A DNA stretch of 64,000 nucleotides, taken from NCBI GenBank assembly GCA_049513715.1, contig JBEKVV010000004.1, forward strand, positions 128,001 to 192,000, given 5' to 3'. This document shows, piece after piece, positions 1-9,450 of the stretch. The notes under the pieces were generated by a model. That model was not told the DNA's origin, searched no databases, and saw nothing but the letters and a program-made list of their open reading frames with translations. The translations under genes and the position numbers were made by a program. The stretch comes from Candidatus Bathyarchaeia archaeon. GTDB lineage: Archaea; Thermoproteota; Bathyarchaeia; 40CM-2-53-6. Each line of letters starts with the position of its first letter. The first letter of the stretch is position 1.

Positions 1-2
1 TG

Positions 3-95
3 GCCTTCGCAATAGTCATCATATTCGGGCTGATGCTAGTCTTCACGAAAACAAGGCATAAGGACCAGCAACCGTCGTCTGGCACCGTTGGCTGA
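3..95 (+). CDS. C-terminal fragment of a membrane protein (5' partial)
   Basis: Open frame from the window edge: AFAIVIIFGLMLVFTKTRHKDQQPSSGTVG*; hydrophobic helix followed by basic residues. Confidence 0.5.
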   Translation, partial: AFAIVIIFGLMLVFTKTRHKDQQPSSGTVG

Positions 96-269
96 GGAAG
101 GTTCGCAACACTAGCTAATTCGTTTGTTATTGTTCTTCTGGGCTTGCTTGGTCTGAGTCCGCGTTTTTCCATGGTGAGTATTGGAAGAGGTAGTGGCGCA
201 TGAAGTTCTGTTGCGAGGTTCCCTTCAACTCCGAAATCTCCCGCACCTTTACCCACAAAGGCGCAAAAT

Positions 270-445
270 TGGTGCGGGGAAGGGGATTCGAACCCCTGAA
301 GGCCTACGCGGATTCTACTGTTCTGATTCCTCTACGCCACAGGATCCCTTCTCTCCAGGCCGAAACGAAACGCTTTCGATCTTAAGTGTGGCCCCACCCA
401 GAACCGGGCGGACCTGCCCCTTTGGCCTGGCTCGGGTACCCCCGC
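270..445 (-). tRNA. tRNA-Leu(TAA) with three BHB introns (30/31, 37/38, variable arm), CCA encoded
   Basis: Removing 388-412, 346-380 and 304-331 gives GCGGGGGTACCCGAGCCAGGCCAAAGGGGCAGGACTTAAGATCCTGTGGCGTAGGCCTTCAGGGGTTCGAATCCCCTTCCCCGCACCA, a full class II cloverleaf; each junction fits the helix + 3-nt bulge geometry. Confidence 0.9.
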
Positions 446-580
446 GCCGCACAACCCCACCAAACCCCAACCCAATCTTTAAGCTTCTTCCAAAGCAACC
501 GACCGCCAAGGTTCCAGGAAACCGTTCTTTTGCTGCCAAACCCTCAAGGCTTTTAGTTTCGTAAAGCCGGTTCACGGGTT

Positions 581-724
581 GGGCCCGTAGCTCAGGTTGG
601 ATAGAGCGGCAGACCCCGCACACGCTGCGGGTGCACCTTTGCCGAACCCCCTAAGGAACACCGGAAAAAGCTGTAGAACCCTTAGGTGCAGAAGTCCGGG
701 GTTCAAATCCCCGCGGGCCCGCCA
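581..724 (+). tRNA. tRNA-Arg(CCT) with three introns (30/31, 37/38, 45/46); C at position 33
   Basis: Acceptor GGGCCCG/CGGGCCC, G73, D-loop GGATA (A20); introns 613-646, 654-668, 677-693; spliced stem GCAGC/GCTGT, loop CCCCTAA, variable AGGTC. Confidence 0.75.
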
Positions 725-737
725 CCATCTGCCAAGC

Positions 738-977
738 CGGAGATACGGTGAAGAAGTCATGGCCTGGGTCAAACTAAAACCCGGTGCTACTGCAACATCC
801 AAGGAACTAACAGACTACTGCAAGGGTAAGATTGCTTACTTCAAAATCCCATCATACTTCAAGTTCACCGACACTTATCCAATGACTGTCACAGGTAAGA
901 TTCAAAAATTCAAGATTCGGGAAATATCTACCAAAGAGCTCGGGTTAGAAGAGGCAGCAGCCGTGAAAACGGCGTAG
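738..977 (+). pseudogene. C-terminal fragment of an AMP-dependent acyl-CoA synthetase
   Basis: [15 protein letters not shown]...[14 protein letters not shown]...[16 protein letters not shown] matches the AMP-binding C-terminal domain (PxTxxGK); the upstream frame runs into the tRNA, so the large N-terminal domain is missing. Confidence 0.75.
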
Positions 978-1013
978 CTTATGGCCCTCCAGCATTTCTT
1001 CCCGTTCAGCATC

Positions 1014-1787
1014 CTAGAGGCCTAATGATATTGGCTCTTGAATGAAGGGAGTATGGCGCCCGATCCTCGAAATGCGGCTTTCAAGAAGAGAAGGTCCTGT
1101 TTCCAGGTCTAAGGGATGGCTCTGCCATGTGCTGCATTGGTTTTGGGTTTGGTCGAGTATTCGTGCTTCGAGCCTATAGTCGCTGTCCTCTTGTTTGGAT
1201 TTATACTCTATGATAACATCCGCGAACCGTTTGAGTATTGCTGTTTTCTTTGAATCATGCATGTCTTCGGTTGCTAGCAGAAATGCGGTTTGCCCGTTTG
1301 TTCGTATCCTGGTAAAGAGTTTGCATAGGAACGAGTAGAGTCCCGATGGGACCGTAGATACTGAGAGTACATTATCGAGAAAATCACCGACTATTAGCGG
1401 AATCCGTCCGGTTCTTGTTTTGGATAGTCTGTCAAGGCTTAGGCTTATGTCTGTCAAATCGGTGGGTGGGACTATGGTGAGGCGCGTGCCATTTGGTAAG
1501 TTCCCGCCATCTGTGAAAGTTGCCCAGAGAACTCTTGATCTTGCGGGTGGCCGAAGTGAAATGGGCGTGGTCGGCCCCAACGCCAAGAGGACGCTGTTGA
1601 TGTAGAGGTCCTTTGAAATGCTCAATGCGTCTTGGAGGATGTTGACTGCCCCGACATCTCCTTTGGTTATGGCGATGATGATTCTGTAATCTAGTATTGG
1701 TCGAGGGAGTTGAAGTAGCGCTGGGTAAGTCGCTGAATCAATAGCCGTAATCGGACGGCTGTAATCTGTGCTGGTGTTGAAGGACAT
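1014..1787 (-). CDS. Degenerate RecA/KaiC-fold (DUF835/RAD55-like) protein
   Basis: PTDLTDIS, LIVGDFLDN, FLLATEDMHD..LKRFADVIIEY resemble the C-terminal part of KaiC-like ATPases; no Walker A seen; ATG at 1787 chosen as start. Confidence 0.55.
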   Translation of the reverse strand: MSFNTSTDYSRPITAIDSATYPALLQLPRPILDYRIIIAITKGDVGAVNILQDALSISKDLYINSVLLALGPTTPISLRPPARSRVLWATFTDGGNLPNGTRLTIVPPTDLTDISLSLDRLSKTRTGRIPLIVGDFLDNVLSVSTVPSGLYSFLCKLFTRIRTNGQTAFLLATEDMHDSKKTAILKRFADVIIEYKSKQEDSDYRLEARILDQTQNQCSTWQSHPLDLETGPSLLESRISRIGRHTPFIQEPISLGL

Positions 1788-1893
1788 GCCGAGCGCCGGA
1801 ACATCAATGTACTGTTTTACGTATATTAATGTTTCATGGATGTGGAAAACACATGAATCAACTCCAACAAAGACGCCAGAACATAATGGAGAC

Positions 1894-2088
1894 ATGTCAA
1901 TGGCGGCTCTCACAAAACTCTCGAAGTATGCTGGCGGCCTGGTTTGCACATTCGGCGGACTCTATCTGGGCAATGCATACGGCGCGGGGTACTGGCGCTT
2001 TGGCCCACTAAACCTAGCTTGGGACACGATCTTCCGCGGAACCATGCTGGTTCTGATCGGATTCATGCTGATCAGAATTAGCAAATAG
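1894..2088 (+). CDS. Small membrane protein (64 aa)
   Basis: ATG preceded by GGAG; two hydrophobic segments. Confidence 0.5.
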   Translation: MSMAALTKLSKYAGGLVCTFGGLYLGNAYGAGYWRFGPLNLAWDTIFRGTMLVLIGFMLIRISK

Positions 2089-2231
2089 CTTGAACATTCA
2101 GCACCAAACATTGTCACGTTAGCGCTTTCCCGGCATAATGACGCCGACAGCAAGTAATGGCCATGCATATTGCAGGGTCCATGTCTACGTAAGCATTGTA
2201 ATCCTGTAACAACTTCCAAAACTTCCGAGTT

Positions 2232-3059
2232 GTGATTTTACTTGAACTTGTCAGTATGGTAGAGCATCCTTTTTTTAGGGGAACAACTCGGAGGCCGCGA
2301 AAGGTGCAAGACTTGAAAAAACTACTGGTTGCCACAATCATTCTAGCGGTCATGATTACCTTTTCAGTCGGAACATCGATTCCTGTTCGTTCACAGACTC
2401 AACAAAAGGCATTGATTCTCTCGTCACTCGAGAAATATCAACCCACACATTATCTTGACAGAACAATACGATACCTGACCAACGATGGATACAACGTTAC
2501 TCTCGTAAAGGATACTGCGGTGACCTTGAACTTACTGACAACACAACTGAACAACTACGACGTAGTATTCTGGCGCACTAATGTCTACGAGTGGCATCAC
2601 GTAACCTACTGGTACGTAGGGGAGCTAACCAACAAGGCAACAATGCAAGCGTACACTCAAGATGTCACCAACGGTTACGTGGACGACACAAACGCCATAC
2701 TCGGCATTAACATGAACTTCCTATTCGAGCATTTCCCGGCAGGCTCGCTGAACCATGTCAAACTGGCGGTTTTGACAGGTAGTTCCACAGCCAACATTGC
2801 CGATGTATTCGTTGCAGCTGGCGTGAAAGGAACCGTCGACTACTACCAATCAGTTTCTTTGGCATTTGGAGAAACAGACGAAATCACAGCGATAGTCGTC
2901 GCCTACTTGACAAGCGGGGTTTCGCTTCAGAATGCAGTCTGGCAGACCCTCATCCCATTTATCAGTCAACAGATAAATGGGGGCCCAGACCCGCTGGTCG
3001 AGACCAGCCAGATCCCTCCGCTATGGTACTTCGGCAGCGGTACACTGACGATACCTTAG
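2232..3059 (+). CDS. Secreted hypothetical protein (start probably near 2304-2313)
   Basis: KK + hydrophobic signal-like stretch LKKLLVATIILAVMITFS; T/N/V-rich body. Confidence 0.65.
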   Translation: MILLELVSMVEHPFFRGTTRRPRKVQDLKKLLVATIILAVMITFSVGTSIPVRSQTQQKALILSSLEKYQPTHYLDRTIRYLTNDGYNVTLVKDTAVTLNLLTTQLNNYDVVFWRTNVYEWHHVTYWYVGELTNKATMQAYTQDVTNGYVDDTNAILGINMNFLFEHFPAGSLNHVKLAVLTGSSTANIADVFVAAGVKGTVDYYQSVSLAFGETDEITAIVVAYLTSGVSLQNAVWQTLIPFISQQINGGPDPLVETSQIPPLWYFGSGTLTIP

Positions 3060-3179
3060 TCAGCTCACGTACATCGAACCGTGACTCGCTTAACCTCCCT
3101 CTTTATTTCGGTGACGTTCTACTCAATACCTAGAATTCCACAGCTTCGTGCACTAAGGCAATTCGTATAAAGTTCCTCA

Positions 3180-4355
3180 TTGATGCTCGTACTGGTGCAT
3201 TTGTCCTTCGTCAAGGAGCCGGTGGTAATCCACAAAGGGCTCGACAATGTCTACGTCAAAGAAAGCAACATCTGCTTCATAGATGGAGAAGCCAGCAAAC
3301 TGTTCTACCGCGGTTACAGCATCGAAGACCTAGCCAAGGACTCAAGCTTCGAAGAAACCTCGTATTTACTAATCCACGGAACGCTCCCCACTAAACCCCA
3401 ACTTTGCGAATTCAACCGCTTACTCGAATCCTACAGGTCACTAGAGCCAGCCGCATTGCGGTTAATCCGGTCATTTCCAACCTCAAGCGATCCGATGGAT
3501 GCGCTGAGAACAGCTGTTTCTGCACTAGGCCTGTTTGACCCCCAACCGCTTAATGACAGCATAGATTCTAAGATTGACAAGGCGCTTCGAATTCTCGCGA
3601 AGATTCCCACAATAATATGCACGTTGGACCGAATCAGAAATGGCCACGAACCGGTTTCCCCGAAAACGGGATTGAGCCATGCCGCAAACTTCCTTCATAT
3701 GCTCACGGGGAAGGAACCTGACCCATACGACGTCCATGTTATGGACGTGGCGATGATTCTTCACGCTGAGCATGAAATGAATGCCTCCACCTTCTCCTGT
3801 ACTGTCACGGCATCAACTTTGGCGGACATGTACTCCATAGTTACTTCTGGAATCGGAACATTGAGAGGGCCACTCCATGGCGGGGCCAACGAAGCAGCAT
3901 TGAAGACCGTGATGGAGGTGGGTGATCCCTCGAAGGCGGAAGCCTATGTTGCACAAGCCCTAGCTCAGAAGAAGAGGATCATGGGATTCGGCCACAGGGT
4001 CTACAAAACATGGGACCCAAGGTATGTCATACTCAAAGAACTCGGGGGAGAGCTAGCTGCAAAAAGGGGACAAAGGAAATTGTTTGAGACCGCGGTTGCT
4101 ATTGAAAACAGCGCTAGAAAACACTTGGAAGGCACACAAATATTCCCCAACGTGGACTCATACTCTGGTATTGTGTTTCACATGCTGGGAATCCCCACCG
4201 ACCTATTCACACCGATATTTGCGATGAGTAGAATCGCCGGATGGACAGCGCACTCAATTGAATACCTGCGATCCAACCGCCTGATTAGGCCTAAAGCCTT
4301 CTACGTTGGAAAGACTAGCTTATCGTACACGCCCATTGAGGCGAGAGAAACTTAG
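3180..4355 (+). CDS. gltA: Citrate synthase / 2-methylcitrate synthase
   Basis: HAEHEMNAST, GPLHGGANE, MGFGHRVYK, FPNVD motifs; start may be 3201. Confidence 0.92.
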   Translation: MMLVLVHLSFVKEPVVIHKGLDNVYVKESNICFIDGEASKLFYRGYSIEDLAKDSSFEETSYLLIHGTLPTKPQLCEFNRLLESYRSLEPAALRLIRSFPTSSDPMDALRTAVSALGLFDPQPLNDSIDSKIDKALRILAKIPTIICTLDRIRNGHEPVSPKTGLSHAANFLHMLTGKEPDPYDVHVMDVAMILHAEHEMNASTFSCTVTASTLADMYSIVTSGIGTLRGPLHGGANEAALKTVMEVGDPSKAEAYVAQALAQKKRIMGFGHRVYKTWDPRYVILKELGGELAAKRGQRKLFETAVAIENSARKHLEGTQIFPNVDSYSGIVFHMLGIPTDLFTPIFAMSRIAGWTAHSIEYLRSNRLIRPKAFYVGKTSLSYTPIEARET

Positions 4356-4362
4356 GGATTGG

Positions 4363-4797
4363 ATGAGGATGAACGTAGGAGATATCATAACGAGACCGCT
4401 CCTCACTATCCCTCCGGGGGCAACTTTGATCGACGCAGCCAAAGTGATGGTTGAGAATAACTTGGGCCTGCTCGTCATATGCGATGCAGAAGACAAGACA
4501 AAAGTAGCAGGGGTGATCTCGGAACGGGACATCATCAAATCCATCGTCTCAGGAAAACTCCTGAACGCTCCTGTAGCAGAAGTGAGCACAAAACACGTGG
4601 TTACAGTGAAAGCAAACTCTGAAGTCGCCGAGGCTGCCAAAGCGATGAATAAGCACAGGATCAGGCACGTTGTAGTAGTGGATGAACACAACAAGCCTAT
4701 CGGCGTCGTCTCGATGCGGGACTTAGTCGGCGAACGCGCAACCCTGACCGCGATTCTTCAATCTCAAGAGAAAGAAGTCTTCATCGGAGGAGACTGA
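4363..4797 (+). CDS. CBS-domain pair protein
   Basis: Two CBS repeats (GVISERDI, GVVSMRDL). Confidence 0.88.
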   Translation: MRMNVGDIITRPLLTIPPGATLIDAAKVMVENNLGLLVICDAEDKTKVAGVISERDIIKSIVSGKLLNAPVAEVSTKHVVTVKANSEVAEAAKAMNKHRIRHVVVVDEHNKPIGVVSMRDLVGERATLTAILQSQEKEVFIGGD

Positions 4798-4798
4798 G

Positions 4799-6127
4799 CT
4801 AACGCAGGGCCTGCATTTTCTGAACTAGGTCAGCTAATGCTACTTCCGTTTCAGTCCCATCTGCCATGCGCCTAACTTTGACGACTTTCGATTCAATTTC
4901 CTTGGGGCCAACGACTATTAGGTATGGTATCTGAAGCGAATTCGCGTATTCCAACTGCTTTCCCAACGCCCGGCCCTTCAAATCGGTCTCAGTAGAGATT
5001 CCGTTGTCGCGTAGTTTCTGAGTCAGTCGCACTGCTTCGTTCCTTGAGCTCTCCTGAACTGCTGCAACATAGACTTGAGCGGCTTGGTGGGTTTTCGGAA
5101 ATAGATTCGCCCTTTCGAGCGAGATCATGAGCCTTTCAATTCCGCCAGCAACGCCAGTAGCTGGTATGTCGCGTTTTCCGTAAACCTTGCAGAGTTTATC
5201 ATATCGTCCCCCGCCGAAAATTGAGCCAACGTCCTCTCCGCCTTTATCGAAACCCTCGAATACTATGCCGTCGTAGTAACCGATTCCACGGACAATGCTT
5301 AGGTCAAATATGCAGCGGTCCGAGCGGCCGGCTGCAGAGAGAGCGTCGGCCAGAATTGTCAGCTCCTCTAGCCCTTTCTGTGCGAAAGGGTCTTCAAATT
5401 TGAAGCTGGCCAGCTTCTCTAGCACCTTTGAAGCTGACCCATTTAGTGAAGCGTAGGAAAAGATCTCGTCGGCCACAGGTTCCGTAATGTTGATCGCTTT
5501 GAATTCGCTTTCGAGCTGTTGGCGGCTCTCTTTGCGAATTTTGTCGATGATTCGAAGCGATTGCTCCAATTGATCTTGCGAGCGTACTCCGAGCTGCTTG
5601 AGGTATGCTTCACTCAGCTTCCTGTTTCCTATCCGGATGACGTAGTCCTTCAGACCCACATTGGCAAGTATGTCCGCTCCAACGCAAATGGTCTCGGCGT
5701 CGGCTAACGGGCTGGGGGAGCCGAAAATCTCCACATCCCACTGCGTGAAGTACCTGTACCGACCAAACTGCGGCTCTTCATAACGCCAGTTCCCGCCTAT
5801 TGCTGCAAATTTGATTGGTTCAGGCATATCGGAACGACTGGCGACCATGCGTGACAAGCCCACAGTTAGGTCGAAGCGTAGCCCAAGACCGCGGCCAGCC
5901 TTATCTTCAAACCAGTATATCTGGTCTCGAATTGCGGGCCCGCTCTTCGCCTCAAGCGTGTTCAGGTTCTCAATTGTTGTGGGCTCAACCATCTGGAAGC
6001 CATATCTATGAACGACCTCGCGGATTCTTTCGTACAACCACAAGCGTCGGTTCATCTCCTCCGCTTCTGTATCCTTCATTCCGCGGGGTAGGCTAAAGAC
6101 GTCTGAAACCAATTGCCACAAGCTCAA
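4799..6127 (-). CDS. hisS: Histidine--tRNA ligase
   Basis: PRGMKD, LRFDLT, WRYEEPQFGRYRYF, RGIGYYDG, GGGRYD, GIERL, C-terminal anticodon-binding domain. Confidence 0.96.
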   Translation of the reverse strand: MSLWQLVSDVFSLPRGMKDTEAEEMNRRLWLYERIREVVHRYGFQMVEPTTIENLNTLEAKSGPAIRDQIYWFEDKAGRGLGLRFDLTVGLSRMVASRSDMPEPIKFAAIGGNWRYEEPQFGRYRYFTQWDVEIFGSPSPLADAETICVGADILANVGLKDYVIRIGNRKLSEAYLKQLGVRSQDQLEQSLRIIDKIRKESRQQLESEFKAINITEPVADEIFSYASLNGSASKVLEKLASFKFEDPFAQKGLEELTILADALSAAGRSDRCIFDLSIVRGIGYYDGIVFEGFDKGGEDVGSIFGGGRYDKLCKVYGKRDIPATGVAGGIERLMISLERANLFPKTHQAAQVYVAAVQESSRNEAVRLTQKLRDNGISTETDLKGRALGKQLEYANSLQIPYLIVVGPKEIESKVVKVRRMADGTETEVALADLVQKMQALR

Positions 6128-6230
6128 GAAGCGAATATGGTGGCCTTCCTATAATCTTGTGACTCGGGCGCTGATTGATTCAGGTGTAACGTTTTATAGT
6201 GAAGTGCAACAGATGGCCAAATGATCATGA

Positions 6231-6743
6231 ATGATAGCTAAGACCCGCGATATCGGAACCGCAACGCTAGGCGGTTCGGTTGCTGCCGGAGCAATCGGGA
6301 CAATCTTGAGCATGGCCGATGTTCCCTACTCATTTGCTATTGGAGCCCTGATAGGTGGAGCGGTAGGAGCGTACCTACTCTATGGCAAGGTTGGGCATGC
6401 CGCACTTGTTGGTGCAATGTCTGGTTTGCTCGGTGTCCCATTCCTCTTAGGCCTGTCCCAAGTACTCGTGATTTTTGAATTGATACCTATACCTCCAGGG
6501 CCTCAGCCAGCAATGGCGGAGTTGCAGCTAGAGGTCTTCGTCATTTTTGGCATAGATATCGTAGCAGGTGTCATAGGGGGATCAGTCATAGGAGCCATTC
6601 GCCATCCGCAGACGCAATTGCCGCCCCCGCCACCACCGCCTGGGTCCACGCCTGCTCAGGCTAGGTACTGTGTTCAGTGCGGAGCCCATTTGCCCGCGGG
6701 GGCCCTGATTTGCCCGCACTGCAATGCTAGGCAACCACAATAA
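6231..6743 (+). CDS. Membrane protein with Pro linker and C-terminal zinc ribbon
   Basis: About 4 TM segments, poly-Pro, CVQC...CPHC. Confidence 0.75.
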   Translation: MIAKTRDIGTATLGGSVAAGAIGTILSMADVPYSFAIGALIGGAVGAYLLYGKVGHAALVGAMSGLLGVPFLLGLSQVLVIFELIPIPPGPQPAMAELQLEVFVIFGIDIVAGVIGGSVIGAIRHPQTQLPPPPPPPGSTPAQARYCVQCGAHLPAGALICPHCNARQPQ

Positions 6744-6752
6744 ACCGCAGCA

Positions 6753-7331
6753 CTAGACATGTAGTGGGGTCAGCGTATAGTATACTATATCCGTGCGTCG
6801 GTCAACCACCGCTAGGATCAGTTCCTTCTTCTCCCGTTCTGCGATCGTCAGAAGCTTTTCCAGTTTCCGCAGGCTCGCCTCTCCGCCCTCGTAAACGATG
6901 GATATGAGTCGCCTGAGTGGACCTTTTCCGTAAATATCGAAATCAAAGTTTCCACCGGATTCTCTGACAATATAACCCCTATCTCTCAGATCCCGATAGA
7001 CTAAGTATTTGATCCAGATTTCGGGTTTGACGAGGGAGAATTTCCTGACGAGGTCTCGCAAGTTAACTTCTTTTTCGTCCTTCTTTGTAGAGACGTGGAT
7101 TTTCTGTTTCTCGATGAGGTAGAAGGACTCGTAGGGTGTGAAGTAGAGTCTGTCCTTCTTGAGGTCTCCGAACCCCCTGTCCCGGAGTTCCATGAGGTCA
7201 GATTTGTAGGGTATGTACACACCGTGCGCATCAGAGAATGCGCTCCAAGGGGTAAACTGAGGCTTCTCCTCCGCTTGAATAGGAGGTTTGGCACTCTGCG
7301 GAGGCGGCGCGCTATTCTCCATGAAGACCAC
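6753..7331 (-). CDS. endA: tRNA-splicing endonuclease subunit, probably structural (non-catalytic)
   Basis: YESFYLIEK, YLVYRDLRDRGY, LILAVVD..DIVYY; the GxK(Y/F)G.DF loop and catalytic His are not evident. Confidence 0.85.
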   Translation of the reverse strand: MVFMENSAPPPQSAKPPIQAEEKPQFTPWSAFSDAHGVYIPYKSDLMELRDRGFGDLKKDRLYFTPYESFYLIEKQKIHVSTKKDEKEVNLRDLVRKFSLVKPEIWIKYLVYRDLRDRGYIVRESGGNFDFDIYGKGPLRRLISIVYEGGEASLRKLEKLLTIAEREKKELILAVVDRRTDIVYYTLTPLHV

Positions 7332-7534
7332 TTGCCAAGCGAAAAGACGCCGTTGGCTTAATGCTTTTGCAGCAGGCGAAGCTGTTTGATGAGCATGACG
7401 AGAGGTTGAGTTTTCGTTACCGCGTTTCGCAAATTACACAACAAAAATGCATTTAGTCATGGGCTGGGTCCCTTGACGCACATTAGCTGCGAAGGTTAAT
7501 TCTGGCGTCGCTACTGGTTTGGGCTGGTAGGGCG

Positions 7535-8584
7535 TTGTTGCGTATGAAGCCAATGTCGGAGTTGCGAACGATTGAATGGGTAGGCAACAAAGTACGTATG
7601 ATTGACCAGACGAGGCTTCCGTACCATCTCGCGCTTGTCACTTTCAGTAACTATCGGCAGGTGGCTAGGGCCATCAAGGAAATGGTGGTACGAGGGGCAC
7701 CCGCTATTGGTGTTGCCGCAGCAATGGGCCTCGCGCTTGCAGCTGACGCAAGCCGAACCAAGAAACGAGACAGATTCATGCGCGAGCTAAGCACAGCAGC
7801 GGAAGCTCTCAAACAAAGCCGACCGACTGCCTGGAATCTGTTCTGGGCAATTGACAGGGTTATGCAGGTCGCAGAGACAGCAGGCGAGCCGAATGAAATC
7901 GCTGACAGAATTATTGCGGAGGCGAAGCGAATGGCGGAATATGATGTGGAGACTAACCGAAGAATCGGTGAATTCGGCTCGGCGCTGCTCAAAGATGGAG
8001 ACCAGGTTCTAACTCATTGTAACGCTGGAACGTTGGCCACTGTGAGCTACGGCACAGCTCTGGCTCCGATTCGTACCGCCATGAATCAGGGAAAAATGGT
8101 GCGAGTCATTGCGACCGAGACACGTCCTAGGCTTCAGGGGGCAAAATTGACGAGCTACGAGCTTTTGCGAGATAGAATTCCTGTGACTTTGATAGTTGAT
8201 GGCGCAGCAGGCTACGTGATAAAAACAGGGAAGGTCAGCGCGGTGATCGTTGGGGCTGATCGAGTGACAAGGAAGTTCGTGGCAAACAAAGTTGGGACGT
8301 ATATGATTGCTCTTGCAGCTCAGGCAAATCATGTTCCGTTCTATGTTGCGGCGCCTTCGTCGACATTCGATCTTAGAACCGGTCATGAAGATGTAGAGAT
8401 TGAAGAACGGAGCGCACAGGAGGTAACCCACATCGAAGGAAAACGCATTGCCCCAAAGGGAATCAACGTATTCAATCCAGCCTTCGACCTGACACCGGTA
8501 GAACTTGTGACAAGTTTCATTACTGAAAAAGGTGTGGTTGGGCCTGAGATGGTTATGGCTGGGAGCCTGCAGCCCGGAACCTAG
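7535..8584 (+). CDS. mtnA: S-methyl-5-thioribose-1-phosphate isomerase (eIF2B-alpha family)
   Basis: MVVRGAPAIG, SRPTAWNL, THCNAG, ETRPRLQG, GADR, NKVGTY, NPAFDLTP. Confidence 0.92.
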   Translation: MLRMKPMSELRTIEWVGNKVRMIDQTRLPYHLALVTFSNYRQVARAIKEMVVRGAPAIGVAAAMGLALAADASRTKKRDRFMRELSTAAEALKQSRPTAWNLFWAIDRVMQVAETAGEPNEIADRIIAEAKRMAEYDVETNRRIGEFGSALLKDGDQVLTHCNAGTLATVSYGTALAPIRTAMNQGKMVRVIATETRPRLQGAKLTSYELLRDRIPVTLIVDGAAGYVIKTGKVSAVIVGADRVTRKFVANKVGTYMIALAAQANHVPFYVAAPSSTFDLRTGHEDVEIEERSAQEVTHIEGKRIAPKGINVFNPAFDLTPVELVTSFITEKGVVGPEMVMAGSLQPGT

Positions 8585-9354
8585 GTACGGTTAGTTCCAT
8601 CAAGTTCTTGCAGTGGCTTCTTGCCTACTTGCAGGACGATTTCCACAGGGCAGTGCGTTACGGCTTCAATTTTGTTCTTCCATTCGGATCCCATCCCGAC
8701 CAGTGCGTACATGCCAGTTACTTCGCTTTTGGCTTTTTGGACGATCCGGGTTAGAGCGATTTGTGTCTCTCCACTATCAATGACGTCGTCCACAATTAGG
8801 ACGCAGTCACCTTTCCTAAATGCGTCCCTTGGAACGAAGAGGCTGATCATGATTGCTGTTTTGCTGGGAATGTAGATTTCTTCGATGAACTCGCGGACGC
8901 CCACTTCCCTCTGCTTTTTCGCGATCACGAGTCCGACGCCGAGCCTGTGAGCAAGAAGTGCAGCCAGCGGTATACCGTCCACGGCTGCGGCCAGAATCTT
9001 GGTGATTCGCATTCCAGCGAAAGCATTCACGGCATGTTGAACGGCGCGTTCAAGGAGAAGGGTGTCTGAGATTAGTTTGGTGTTGTCGAAATACCCTGAA
9101 TCATCGAATCGGATTCTTTGCTGAATCTCGCCTTCAAGGCGCATGATTTTCTGGAGTGTGCGGTTAATGTTCTGAGCCCTGTCGATTGTTGGGAGCACGT
9201 GCCCCTTCACGTACCGGCTCAGTACGGTTTCTGGCAGGCCGATGATTTGTGCGAGTTCCCTGTAAGTGTAGTAGTTCTTGGCTAGGTTCAGGAGCTCGAT
9301 GGTCATCAGCTTGTACTTCAGGTCGGATATACGTGAACCTGTTCTCAATGTCAC
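8581..9354 (-). CDS. HTH-phosphoribosyltransferase (PurR-like regulator)
   Basis: N-terminal HTH (TYRELAQIIGLPETVLSRY) plus PRPP-binding VLIVDDVIDSGET. Confidence 0.85.
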   Translation of the reverse strand: MTLRTGSRISDLKYKLMTIELLNLAKNYYTYRELAQIIGLPETVLSRYVKGHVLPTIDRAQNINRTLQKIMRLEGEIQQRIRFDDSGYFDNTKLISDTLLLERAVQHAVNAFAGMRITKILAAAVDGIPLAALLAHRLGVGLVIAKKQREVGVREFIEEIYIPSKTAIMISLFVPRDAFRKGDCVLIVDDVIDSGETQIALTRIVQKAKSEVTGMYALVGMGSEWKNKIEAVTHCPVEIVLQVGKKPLQELDGTNRT

Positions 9355-9450
9355 GCCTTCTGCAATTGCTTTGACAAGTTAGGACATGCACATGCCCATG
9401 CTATGGGGTATTAATACTTTCGACACGAATTGACACAAAGAGTACGTCGA

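Noticed and set aside
181..737. ORFs 181-564, 200-385, 315-623, 572-802 and the N-terminus of 597-977
   Set aside because: They overlap tRNA-Leu/tRNA-Arg; GRGFEP and PGFKSP are tRNA T-arm translations
7380..7420. TGATGA box C-like motif between endA and mtnA
   Set aside because: No suitably spaced CTGA D box
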